DNA of 63,164 bases, counting the filler, from Octopus bimaculoides (taxonomy: Eukaryota), in assembly GCF_001194135.2 (NCBI RefSeq). It is 9 parts of 6 records of this genome, joined end to end, with 100 filler letters (N's around TTAATTAATTAA, not from the genome) between each part and the next. Parts side by side here need not be neighbours in the genome. Positions count along the whole stretch, not along the records: positions 11,572 to 16,313 come from NC_068982.1; positions 16,414 to 22,095 come from NC_069001.1; positions 22,196 to 39,168 come from NC_068982.1; 6 more parts are not named here. The stretch is one strand, 5' to 3'. The translations under genes were made by a program, and so were the position numbers. Below the pieces are notes generated by a model. It was not told the origin of the DNA. It was given only the letters and a program-made list of their open reading frames with translations, and did no database searches. The stretch's first letter is position 1. Each line of letters begins with the position of its first letter. Positions 12,326 through 23,480 of the stretch are shown here, in pieces.

Positions 12326-13339
12326 ACAATAGGAACAAGACAGTTTCAATAGTTATAANNNNNNNNNNNNNNNNNNNNNNNNNNNNNNNNNNNNNNNNNN
12401 NNNNNNNNNNNNNNNNNNNNNNNNNNNNNNNNNNNNNNNNNNNNNNNNNNNNNNNNNNNNNNNNNNNNNNNNNNNNNNNNNNNNNNNNNNNNNNNNNNNN
12501 NNNNNNNNNNNNNNNNNNNNNNNNNNNNNNNNNNNNNNNNNNNNNNNNNNNNNNNNNNNNNNNNNNNNNNNNNNNNNNNNNNNNNNNNNNNNNNNNNNNN
12601 NNNNNNNNNNNNNNNNNNNNNNNNNNNNNNNNNNNNNNNNNNNNNNNNNNNNNNNNNNNNNNNNNNNNNNNNNNNNNNNNNNNNNNNNNNNNNNNNNNNN
12701 NNNNNNNNNNNNNNNNNNNNNNNNNNNNNNNNNNNNNNNNNNNNNNNNNNNNNNNNNNNNNNNNNNNNNNNNNNNNNNNNNNNNNNNNNNNNNNNNNNNN
12801 NNNNNNNNNNNNNNNNNNNNNNNNNNNNNNNNNNNNNNNNNNNNNNNNNNNNNNNNNNNNNNNNNNNNNNNNNNNNNNNNNNNNNNNNNNNNNNNNNNNN
12901 NNNNNNNNNNNNNNNNNNNNNNNNNNNNNNNNNNNNNNNNNNNNNNNNNNNNNNNNNNNNNNNNNNNNNNNNNNNNNNNNNNNNNNNNNNNNNNNNNNNN
13001 NNNNNNNNNNNNNNNNNNNNNNNNNNNNNNNNNNNNNNNNNNNNNNNNNNNNNNNNNNNNNNNNNNNNNNNNNNNNNNNNNNNNNNNNNNNNNNNNNNNN
13101 NNNNNNNNNNNNNNNNNNNNNNNNNNNNNNNNNNNNNNNNNNNNNNNNNNNNNNNNNNNNNNNNNNNNNNNNNNNNNNNNNNNNNNNNNNNNNNNNNNNN
13201 NNNNNNNNNNNNNNNNNNNNNNNNNNNNNNNNNNNNNNNNNNNNNNNNNNNNNNNNNNNNNNNNNNNNNNNNNNNNNNNNNNNNNNNNNNNNNNNNNNNN
13301 NNNNNNNNNNNNNNNNNNNNNNNNNATATGCCTACGGGC

Positions 13340-13340
<1 letters not shown>

Positions 13341-13421
<81 letters not shown>

Positions 13422-13430
13422 TGATAATAA
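13341..13430. repeat. (AAT)n microsatellite
   Basis: Direct inspection. Confidence 0.95.
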
Positions 13431-13575
13431 TAACATGGAATACCATTGGAATGAGAACCCAGGTTCGAAATTTCCCCAAGACGCCTGATGAAGGCTGGAG
13501 GATATATCAGCCGAAACGTTGTATTAACAACAAACAAGATGAGGACAAATATCTGTCAAATGTAAATAATGTAAA
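13431..13575 (+). mobile_element. Penelope-type pseudo-LTR-like repeat carrying a hammerhead motif
   Basis: GGAATGAGAACCCAGG (also at 43264-43279) and AACAACAAACAAGATGAGGACAAATATC (also at 17560-17590) flank the ribozyme core. Confidence 0.65.
13480..13525 (+). ncRNA. Minimal type I hammerhead ribozyme (slightly decayed)
   Basis: GACGC-CTGATGA-A-GGCTG(GAGGATATAT)CAGCC-GAA-ACGT-T-GTATT. Canonical core, 5-bp stem II, palindromic ACGT, and stem I with 4 of 5 pairs. Confidence 0.75.
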
Positions 13576-13619
13576 TAATGTCCTTTCCTATTGTTTGTCT
13601 CAGTTCAACTCATCATCTT

Positions 13620-14020
13620 CCCCCACTTTTTCAAGGGAAGGTCATGGGGGAAGAGTCCTAAATCACGCCTTCTATCGGGTCCTGTTAGAAGCAACCGTCT
13701 CCAGTTAATCCGGCGGGATCTTCAAGCGTGATCAACGGAGTTCATGGATGTTATCTTAATCGTTGCCTACCCCTGGGTTTCCTGCCTTAACAATACCTGT
13801 CCCGTGATTCTTTCCCGAGATTCTTTCCCGAGGCATTCTTCCTACATATTTGTAGTATACAAGCTGTGATCTCCCAATTCGGAGAAATAGAGGGGCTTAC
13901 CTGGAGCGCTTCCTTGATATCCGAACTACTCACTCCATTGAGTAACGTTGTTCCAGTGACTCTTCGGAAGAATCCCATCTCGGCCGCCTGTATTCGCGAT
14001 CGAATTCTTTCAGCTGTTAT
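13620..14020 (-). mobile_element. RTE-clade (Expander/Rex3-like) LINE 3' fragment
   Basis: ITAERIRSRIQAAEMGFFRRVTGTTL...SSSDIKEALQV, then in a shifted frame RLKIPPD*LETVASNR. Confidence 0.8.
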
Positions 14021-14260
14021 TTGTGAACGTCTAATTTTTTTTCTTCCTAGTAGTTGGCTCCAAAATTGTAGGTGTTTTCTCGTGTACAAAGAAAAAATCT
14101 TATTTTTCTAACGTTTCCTAATTACATTAATCAATTTTATTTTGCTTCAAATTGTCTTCAATTCCCAATGTTATTTTGTACTTGATTTCTAATTGTGTCA
14201 AATTCCGCCCTCTTTGGGCGCANNNNNNNNNNNNNNNNNNNNNNNNNNNNNNNNGTAGTG

Positions 14261-14301
<41 letters not shown>

Positions 14302-14580
14302 CGTAACAACAACAATAACGACAGCAACAACAAGAAAGTATGCTTCAGCAGTGGTAGTAACGGAATAAACATGGAGATAAGAAGACAAAAGGAGAAGAGC
14401 TTAGTCGATATCATCGACTTATTTACTCAATGGCATTGTATTTTATCAATCACGAGAAGATTAAAAGCTCGGATGACCAAGGCAGGATTTGGTATCAGAA
14501 CGTAACGAGGCAGAAAAAATATCACGAGATAATTTTTGCAGTGTTCTAAAGATTTTGCGTGTTTACTAGTTTTTCGTAAA

Positions 14581-15236
14581 TAATAATAATGGTTTCAAAT
14601 TTTGGCACAAGGCCAGCAATTTTAGGGCAGGGTTATGTCGATTCAACCAACATCGACAGAATGAAATGTAAAGTTATCCTCGGTAGGATTTGAACTCAGA
14701 ACGTAATAAATCGGAAAAAATATACCACGAAGTATTTTTTCAACGCTCTATCAATTCTACCAGCTCGCTGTCTTTAATTTTTTCTCCTATAGGCACAAGC
14801 TTGAAATCTCTCAGAGGAGGGCGTAAACCGATTACGTTCATCCTAGTCCTCAACTACTACTTATTTTATCGAAGCCAAAAGTATGAAAAGCAAAGCTGAC
14901 ATCAGCATAACGCAAATCACCGGAAGAAATGCTGCTAAGCATTTTGTCTGAAGAGTTAACGATTCTTCCAGCTTACCGCCTTAAATTGTGGTTTAAAATT
15001 TTGTCACAAGGCCAGAAATTATAAGGGAGAGGGTAAGTCGATTAGATCGACCACAGAGTTCAGCTGCTACTTATTTTATCGACACCGAAAGGATGAAAGG
15101 CAAAGGTGACTTCGACAGAATTTGAACTCAGAACATAAAGCTGGGTGAAATATCGCTAAGATTTTTTTCGGCGATTCTGTCAGCTCGCCGCCTGAATAAT
15201 AATGATAATAATGATTTCAAATTTTAGCACAAGGCC
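14581..15236 (-). mobile_element. Cluster of family A SINEs (3 near-complete copies plus one tail)
   Basis: Copies at about 14581-14775, 14790-14984, 14988-15195 and a tail at 15197-15236. All share GAATTTGAACTCAGAAC, GGCACAAGGCC and (AAT)n tails. Confidence 0.85.
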
Positions 15237-15244
15237 GCAGTACC

Positions 15245-15750
15245 AGGCAGTGGCTCTCATGGCGTCTGATCTTAACTGATTGGAAGTGTTATCATGTACA
15301 TTCTTTTGTCTTGGTGCAAAAGATGAGCTACAGCAAATATTCTGTTCAACACCACAGATTTGCTTGTCGTTTGATCATAGCCATTTGGGCATATCCCTTA
15401 GTGGCTGACGATATGTGCATCTCTGATCACGAGCAGAAGTAGTGGAAGAGCATCATAACCATGTACTAAGAGGAATTCTTTAGGGTTTGAATAATTTCAT
15501 CCTTGGAAACATGGGTGTTTCGTTCAACATCCTTAAACAACCCTTTTTCGTGACCTTCTGTGCTACTCGACCTGACGAAAATTCTAACTGGGCCCCCATC
15601 TGCAAGGCCATGTGCTGTGTATCTTGATATGAAATCATCATGTCATGCACATATGGTTGTGATGCATGTGTTTGGTGTACCCTTATCAGACGGGTAGTCA
15701 TTATTGGTATATTGGGCTTCTCATATTTTATCGCAGTGTCAGTTTGATGG
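15245..15750. repeat. Unclassified interspersed repeat; 15590-15750 recurs at 34405-34560
   Basis: Shared TATCTTGATATGA...CACATATGGTTGTGATGCATGTG...GGTGTACCCTTATCAG..GGGTAGTCAT. Confidence 0.7.
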
Positions 15751-15761
15751 CATGCCCCCTT

Positions 15762-16090
15762 GACAACAGGATCAACGTGAAAGAAGAAAAAATGAACAGC
15801 TATGAAAATTTGAAGTAGAAAATACGAAGGTTGTGGTCAATGAAGAGAGCAGACGTGATACCAATAGTAATTGGCGCACTTGGAAGTATCCGCACTCAGC
15901 TACCAACATGGCAGAAAAGAATGGTGCAAGGGTAAAAGTAGAACACCTACAAAAATCAGTATTGGTTGGAACTGCAAGAATTCTTCGCAGGGTTCTTGAA
16001 GCATGACCAGTAAACTAGTGTCCCCCTAGTCTGCTGGCTGTGGACAGCTAACACTTTCTGTCATACCCAACAAAATAAGCGGTGAGATGT
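15762..16090 (+). mobile_element. R4/Dong-clade non-LTR retrotransposon 3' end (restriction-like endonuclease C-terminus)
   Basis: DNRINVKEEK..YENLK*KIRRLWSMKRADVIPIVIGALGSI...(frameshift)...EHLQKSVLVGTARILRRVLEA* (stop 16004-16006), followed by a TAA/TGA-rich tail. Confidence 0.8.
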
Positions 16091-16129
16091 AATGATAATA
16101 ACAATGATAATGATGATGATGATGATGAT

Positions 16130-16313
16130 AATAATAAAGATTTCAAATTTTTGCCACAAGAGCAGCTTGGGGGAGGGGTTTAAGTCGATTACATCGACCC
16201 CAGTGTTTCACTGGTATTTAATTTATTTATCGACCGCGTAAGGTTGAAAGGCAAAATTGACTTCGGGGAAATTTTAACTTAGAACGTAGATAGGGGCGAA
16301 ATACCGCTAAGCA
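16130..16313 (-). mobile_element. Family A SINE
   Basis: AAGTCGATTACATCGACCCCAG...TGAAAGGCAAA...ATACCGCTAAGCA. Confidence 0.85.
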
Positions 16314-16413
16314 NNNNNNNNNNNNNNNNNNNNNNNNNNNNNNNNNNNNNNNNNNNNTTAATTAATTAANNNNNNNNNNNNNNNNNNNNNNNNNNNNNNN
16401 NNNNNNNNNNNNN

Positions 16414-16516
<103 letters not shown>

Positions 16517-16857
16517 ATGTATATATATGTATTGCTATATTATATATATATAAACACACACCTATATATACATATGCATATATATATGTATGCATGTATG
16601 TTTTGTACGTATGTGTGTATTGGGATATATAAATACACAACACATACACACACAGGCATACACCCACACATATATATATATAAGCATGTATGCATATGTA
16701 TGTATATATATATATGTATATACATATATATATGCATGTATATGTATATATAAACACACACACATACGCATATATATNNNNNNNNNNNNNNNNNNNNNNN
16801 NNNNNNNNNNNNNNNNNNNNNNNNNNNNNNNNNNNNNNNNNNNNNNNNNNNNNNNNN

Positions 16858-16890
<33 letters not shown>

Positions 16891-17526
16891 ACGTCTGCGC
16901 ATGTGTGTACAGTGTACAGTGTATCAAATCTCATACACACATTTTTATTTTTATATATAGACAGAAACACACGTGCACACACACACGCCCACAAACAAAC
17001 AAATAAACAAACAACCACAGATATACACTTACATGCTTGTCTTTGATCTCAGCATTTCCAGATAAATGAAACATTACACGCTACATTCGAAGACATACCT
17101 CCACGTCTCCTCCCATCCCGCCGCCTCATCTGCCGATTGTTGGAATCGATATTTTGGTCCGCTGAGATGCCGTTTCCTCTCTGAATGTGTTGTATATCCA
17201 GCATCGTTTATTCCTCTCGATAGTATCCAGGGAAACAAGGGTCACAACAGCGTTAACACTTTCGGGGGCGGACGCTACAAACAACACACACACACGCACA
17301 CACACACATACACACAGGCACACATACATGCACACGCATGCATACACGGACGCACGCACACGACGCACGCACGTACACACACATACACACAAGCACACAC
17401 ACATATGCACACACACGCACGTACATACATACACACAGGAACACACACACATACACACACGCACGCACACACGCACACATACACAAACACACACGCAAAC
17501 ACACATACACACAAATACACACACAG

Positions 17527-17590
17527 GACGGATATTTGTCCTCATCTTGTTTGTTGCTAACAACAAACAAGATGAGGACAAATATCCGTC
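17527..17590. repeat. Perfect 30-bp fold-back of the 13431 family downstream segment
   Basis: GACGGATATTTGTCCTCATCTTGTTTGTTG-CTAA-CAACAAACAAGATGAGGACAAATATCCGTC. Confidence 0.95.
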
Positions 17591-17627
17591 AAATGTAAAT
17601 AATGTACATAATTCCTCATCTCTTAAA

Positions 17628-17748
17628 CATAGAACTGAAATGAAGTGTTTTACTCGAGAACACAACGGGTCATCCGGTCCAGGAATCGAACCAACAATCT
17701 CACGGTGATGAGTCTAAAACTCCTACCCATTAAGCCACGCGTCTTTAC
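17628..17748 (-). mobile_element. tRNA-derived SINE head (family C, diverged)
   Basis: rc GCGTGGCTTAATGGGTAGG...GGTTCGATTCCTGG...GTTGTGTTCTCGAGTAAAACACTT. Confidence 0.6.
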
Positions 17749-17799
17749 GATGGCAAATTTAGTACGAGCTAAATAGGTAGAAGAGAAATGAAGGTTGGC

Positions 17800-18130
17800 G
17801 GGGGGAAGTGTTCAGTTTGTTAAAGGCTTAAGAAGGGGTGGGGCGGGATCGATGGAAACACATTTAGGGAATTGATAGAGTTCTCCCAGATATTGTAAAG
17901 GAATTCCATTAAGGATGGAAAGGGTTAACAAAAGAATATTGACGTATGAAATGGTCACTGGTGAGGGAGGCGGTGATATGATCCCATGGGAGAGGAACAG
18001 GTTTAATTTACTGAACAAAAATGGGCCCCAATGTAGACTACACTGAGTAAGCGTAATTGGTTATCGTTGTAGTGTCCAAGGTTATTCCATTAATTTCATA
18101 GTAAACTCCCAAGAAAAAGTGTCTAGTTTA
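17800..18130 (-). mobile_element. Possible Jockey/I-group RT remnant
   Basis: TLQR*PITLTQCSLHWGPFLFSK...ILNGIPLQYLG resembles the LQxxLxxLxxWxxxWxL...YLG region of RT domains 5-7. Heavily decayed. Confidence 0.35.
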
Positions 18131-18321
18131 GAAACTAAGCATCACCGCCAACTCCATTTTGCTTCAGCCACCCGACTCACGCCAAATCTGCCATCGTTTT
18201 GTTTCAATGCCACTATCACCATTACATTTCTAGTTGGGTGAGGGTCTCTGACCCGGAAGCCAAGTGATACCAAATGCGTTACGCTTTTGCTACCTCGATA
18301 CACCAATGAGTGCTGGCTATC

Positions 18322-18411
18322 GTCTTTCTGTCACGTATGGCTTTTCCGTCACGCATCGCTTTTCCGTCACGCATCGCTTTTCCGTCACCCATCGCTATTC
18401 CGTCACAAATC
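18322..18411. repeat. 18-bp minisatellite, 5 copies
   Basis: Unit GCTTTTCCGTCACGCATC at 18322, 18340, 18358, 18376 and 18394. Confidence 0.9.
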
Positions 18412-18937
18412 CGCCCGTCCATCACCAGAACTCCTTCCCCCCTCAGCTTCAATCTCATTCACAAGGAAATCGTGTGTTGCTTCAGTAACTGGAACTCTGC
18501 AGGTAGGTAACATCCTTGGTTATGTAATCTAGTGTAAGGTGGAGGGCGATCAAGCATTTTAGTCTTTGAGTTTCCAGCAATTCAAGATGAGAACGAGTTC
18601 AGCAAGAATAGCGTAAATGGTTAAAGGGCTAAGCTTGGATGATGCGAGGCACTCGAGAAACAACCGAAGGGATAACATCATCTAGTAGACGGAGCTGATA
18701 ACTATGGTAGGGTTTTTAAGTCCATGGTTTAAAGAGGTTTGTGAGATCAAGAGAAGTGGAGAAGTTGAAGAGGTGGAGGTCGTAGTTGCGAGATGGGAGA
18801 TTGGTTAAGAAGGACGTAAATTAGTCGAGGTAATTGTAGAAGAATTTGCTGGAAGAGCTGAAGCATATGCTGGGGTCATTTGATATTGGTTTCAAATTTG
18901 ACACAAGACAGACAGAGAGGCAGACAGACAGGCAGAT

Positions 18938-18990
<53 letters not shown>

Positions 18991-19076
18991 TATATAGATG
19001 GGTAAATAAAAAGATAAATAGATCGATATATATATACATACATATATAGATAGATAGATAGATAGANNNNNNNNNN

Positions 19077-19118
<42 letters not shown>

Positions 19119-19954
19119 GGATGGATCGATGGATGGATCGATGGATGGATCGATGGATGGATGGATGGATGGATGGATGCACACACACTCAAATGTAGCT
19201 AAGCAAATACGAAATTCAGAAATACCGATAAAACAAAATGTTGCTTCTGCCCGCACACATACACACACGCATGGAAATAAAAATAAATATTTGCATACAC
19301 ACACATACATACACCGTATCACAGAAACATCCGCATAAATAAATATATAAACGTATCATTTATATTTATTTGGTGTCTATCTATGCACTCGACGCATGCA
19401 CACTCACATCCATATATACCAAGAGAGAGAGAGAGAGAGAGAGGAGGATGTGTAGAAAGGTGAGACTGCCTCGATGATAGTGAGAGACCTCCGATACCTT
19501 TCCTGAAAGATCAAGTTTATTGTGAGTATTGGAAAGTCTTAAAGTGACTAACTGTTTCATCGTGGATGGATATCATCAGTCCAAGTGCATATGTGGGCGT
19601 GTGTGTACATGTGTGTATATGTGTATGCGCGCGCGCGTGGGTGGGTGGGGGTGTTTATACACACTGTCAGCAACCTGTGGCAGTTTATCCTAATTGGTTC
19701 GCCTCTACATCTAAGCGTAAAACCTTCATTAATTATTTAACAAGCATACACTGTGATGGTGATACACACACACACACGCACGCACACACATACACATAGA
19801 TGTATGCGCCCTATGAAACAGTGTAACGATGGATATATGCATACACATTTATAGCACTGTAATGGTGATATATGGTGATATATATGTGTGTATGTGTGTG
19901 TGTATACACAACATACAGACACAATATATCTATATACATTACACACACACACAC

Positions 19955-20008
<54 letters not shown>

Positions 20009-21310
20009 TTACATATATACGTACATGATATATATATGAAAATAAATATAATGTATTTACGTATATGTATGTACCATGATAATAATACGCACGCACGCAA
20101 ACAAAATATAACATTGATGTTGACGTACGTATACACATACATCCATACATCCATATACATAAGCACACTCACATACTGTCGCTGATATACTTATATAAAC
20201 GCAATTAAATACACATACAAACACACAGGCACAGACACACGTAAACACAACCGCATAAACACAGAGACGCATACACAAACAAACACATAAACATACAGAT
20301 AAACACAAACGTACATGAATACACACACACACACACACAAACACATACATGTACATAGACACGTATAAACACACATGTAAACAGGCAAACAAACAAATAC
20401 ACACACACACATATACTTACACACACGCTCACACACACACACATGTACTTACACACACACACACATATACTTACACACACACACGCTCACACACACACAC
20501 ACACACACGTTTCCGAAAATACATTATTGAATATCATCTTTTAACATCTCTNNNNNNNNNNNNNNNNNNNNNNNNNNNNNNNNNNNNNNNNNNNNNNNNN
20601 NNNNNNNNNNNNNNNNNNNNNNNNNNNNNNNNNNNNNNNNNNNNNNNNNNNNNNNNNNNNNNNNNNNNNNNNNNNNNNNNNNNNNNNNNNNNNNNNNNNN
20701 NNNNNNNNNNNNNNNNNNNNNNNNNNNNNNNNNNNNNNNNNNNNNNNNNNNNNNNNNNNNNNNNNNNNNNNNNNNNNNNNNNNNNNNNNNNNNNNNNNNN
20801 NNNNNNNNNNNNNNNNNNNNNNNNNNNNNNNNNNNNNNNNNNNNNNNNNNNNNNNNNNNNNNNNNNNNNNNNNNNNNNNNNNNNNNNNNNNNNNNNNNNN
20901 NNNNNNNNNNNNNNNNNNNNNNNNNNNNNNNNNNNNNNNNNNNNNNNNNNNNNNNNNNNNNNNNNNNNNNNNNNNNNNNNNNNNNNNNNNNNNNNNNNNN
21001 NNNNNNNNNNNNNNNNNNNNNNNNNNNNNNNNNNNNNNNNNNNNNNNNNNNNNNNNNNNNNNNNNNNNNNNNNNNNNNNNNNNNNNNNNNNNNNNNNNNN
21101 NNNNNNNNNNNNNNNNNNNNNNNNNNNNNNNNNNNNNNNNNNNNNNNNNNNNNNNNNNNNNNNNNNNNNNNNNNNNNNNNNNNNNNNNNNNNNNNNNNNN
21201 NNNNNNNNNNNNNNNNNNNNNNNNNNNNNNNNNNNNNNNNNNNNNNNNNNNNNNNNNNNNNNNNNNNNNNNNNNNNNNNNNNNNNNNNNNNNNNNNNNNN
21301 NNNNNNNNNN

Positions 21311-21458
21311 GGGGGGAGAAGTTTACCCATGTTTGTTTTAGTTGCCATCATTGACAGCAGCGCTTGACTGGCATCTTTAAATTATCGACCCCGGAAGGAT
21401 GAAAAGTTAAGATGACCTCGACAGAACTTGAACTCAAAATGTGAAGAGCCGGAATAAT
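21311..21458 (-). mobile_element. Family A SINE fragment
   Basis: TTATCGACCCCGGAAGGATGAAAAG...GAACTTGAACTCA. Confidence 0.7.
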
Positions 21459-21674
21459 TTTTAGGGCAGTGGGTTTCGTCGGTACCAATGACCGTCGTGC
21501 TTGACTAGCACTTCATTTGAATTGACACCTTCACACTCACACTCGCACTTACACTCACATTCGCACTGACACATATTCATATTTTTACTCATATTCGCAA
21601 TCACACTCACACTCATATTCGCACTCGCACTCACACACACACATTTGCACTCAGACAATATCATATAAAATACA

Positions 21675-21998
21675 CACTCCGTCGGTTACGACATGGGTTC
21701 CAGTTGATCGGATCAACGAAACTACCTGCTCGTGAAATTAACGTGCAAGTGGCTGAGTACTCCACAGACACATATGTACCCTTAACGTAGTTCTCGGGGG
21801 AGATTCAGCGTGACACAGAATATGACAAAGCTGGACCGTTTGAATTACAGGTACAACTCAGTTTTGCCAGCAGACAGCACTAGAGCAGCGTGAAATAAAG
21901 TGCCTTGCTTAAGGACATAACGTGTCGCCGGGAATTGAACTCACGATCGTGAGCCGAATGCCCTAACGATTATGCCACGTGACTATGTCACGCGCCTT
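21675..21998 (-). mobile_element. tRNA-derived SINE (family C-type head, tail shared with 42125-42488)
   Basis: Head GTGAGTTCAATTCCCGG and TGTCCTTAAGCAAGGCACTT domain. Tail CCCCGAGAACTACGTTAAGGGTACA...CACGAGCAGG...GATCAACTGGAACC. Confidence 0.8.
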
Positions 21999-22005
21999 CA
22001 ATATA

Positions 22006-22095
22006 TTGGTTTCAAATTTTTGTCACAAGGCCAGCAATTTCGGAGTGGGGGGGAGGGTAAGTCAATTACATCAACTCCAGTACTCAACCGGTACT
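22006..22095 (-). mobile_element. Family A SINE 3' part
   Basis: GGTTTCAAATTTTTGTCACAAGGCCAGCAATTTCGG...; cut by a gap. Confidence 0.75.
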
Positions 22096-22194
22096 NNNNN
22101 NNNNNNNNNNNNNNNNNNNNNNNNNNNNNNNNNNNNNNNTTAATTAATTAANNNNNNNNNNNNNNNNNNNNNNNNNNNNNNNNNNNNNNNNNNN

Positions 22195-22510
22195 NTGAGA
22201 TTGGCCCGGAGGGATCTTTTTTTAAAGTCGAAACGCTCGACCAACGCCTTACAGTCATCCACGAACAAGTCTAGGCTACTGAATTGGCCTGGAGGCGGCG
22301 TCCAGTTGGATGGGCGGCGTCCCAGATCCGAGAAGTAGTTGGGACGCTGTGTTGACGTATGGAAGAACGCGCACAGTTTGATGCGGCGCATGAACTGGCT
22401 GACATCAGTGCGAGTCCCGAATTTGTCACAGTGGGGCGTGAGAGGCGTGAAGCGGAGGCCCCTACTAAGGAGTGAACGCTCAGCGGCGAACAGGGGGAGA
22501 TTGGGTGGTA
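22195..22510 (-). mobile_element. Penelope-like element ORF N-terminal fragment (pre-RT region)
   Basis: NLPLFAAERSLLSRGLRFTPLTP...DVSQFMRRIKLCAFF...SNWTPPPGQFSSLDLFVDDC matches the PLE motif ExxLLSKGLxFxP...FxRRxxLxxFF...WxPP...LDxF. Runs into a gap. Confidence 0.75.
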
Positions 22511-22949
22511 TATATATATACATAACTAGCTAACTAGATAGATAGATAGATAGATAGATAGATACATACATACATACATACATACATATACTTGAGAAAG
22601 TGTTCTCTTGAAAAATCCTCTAATTCAGTATCTTATCAATTTAATCCTTTTAACAGTCAAAAGAACTTCTCACCATAGCCGATAAATGTTTTTTTTTTTT
22701 TGTTTTTCTATTCAGAACCACTCGCAAGGCAAATGCAGTTTTTTCAACGAGGCAGCTTGCAAGAAATACCAGCCAACATCATACCATTTCACTATATTTA
22801 GAAAAATTGTTTTAAAATAACTATTTGCAGTTTTTACTTCACTAGTTTGTGTTCAGTGAAATGAATAAAAAAATCTGCAAATATAAGAGCTAAAATAACA
22901 TTTTTACTTTTTTCTAGCGAAACATTTAATATTTACAAAATTCTGTTCA

Positions 22950-23480
22950 ACGAGTGTCCGCTGAAATGTTCACAGTCTAACCAAGGTTCTCTCATGGAAT
23001 GTGATCAACTGAGATTTATTTTCCAACATGGTTCTCCTTGCAGTCCACACACTTCTTCCGTTGGTGCTACAGTGCTTGGATACGATTGGTGAAAAGTTTT
23101 CTTCCTGTTGCTCAGAAATAACACCAACAACAGATATGACGCCATTATCATTGCGATACTGGTTCCCAGCCAAGTGTTTTTTCATGTTGGTGATAGATGA
23201 TAATCATATGGGGCCAAATCAGGAGAATAGGGAGGATAATCAATCAGAGAATAAGGAGGAAGATCAAAGCCACAGTCACGCACTGCAGCCATTGAAACCA
23301 AGAACTTGTCCTGATGAATCAGTTTTCTGGGGCGTTTGGTCTTGATAGCCTTTTGTAACTGCCTCAGCAAGCTGGCATAGAATTCTCCATTGAGGGTGTG
23401 GCCCTTTTGAAGATAATCGATAAACACAATTCCTTTTGCATTTCCCAAAACTAAGGCCATCACTTTCCCTGCAAATAAAA
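22950..23480 (-). mobile_element. Mariner 3' half (third family), decayed
   Basis: KGIVFIDYLQKGHTLNGEFYASLLRQL...HQD...PPYSPDLAPYDYHL and MKKHLAGNQYRND. One TIR (ACGAGTGTCCGCTGAAATGTTC) at 22950. Confidence 0.88.

Noticed and set aside
15255-15315. Resemblance of TCTGATCTTAACTGATTGGAA to antisense U2 snRNA 5' region
   Set aside because: Only about 17/22 with a gap in AT-rich sequence, and the alignment degrades immediately. A cmsearch would be needed.
17049-17190. QHFQINETLH...RRLICRLLESIF, a possible GIY-YIG C-terminus
   Set aside because: Too short and lacks the diagnostic motifs.
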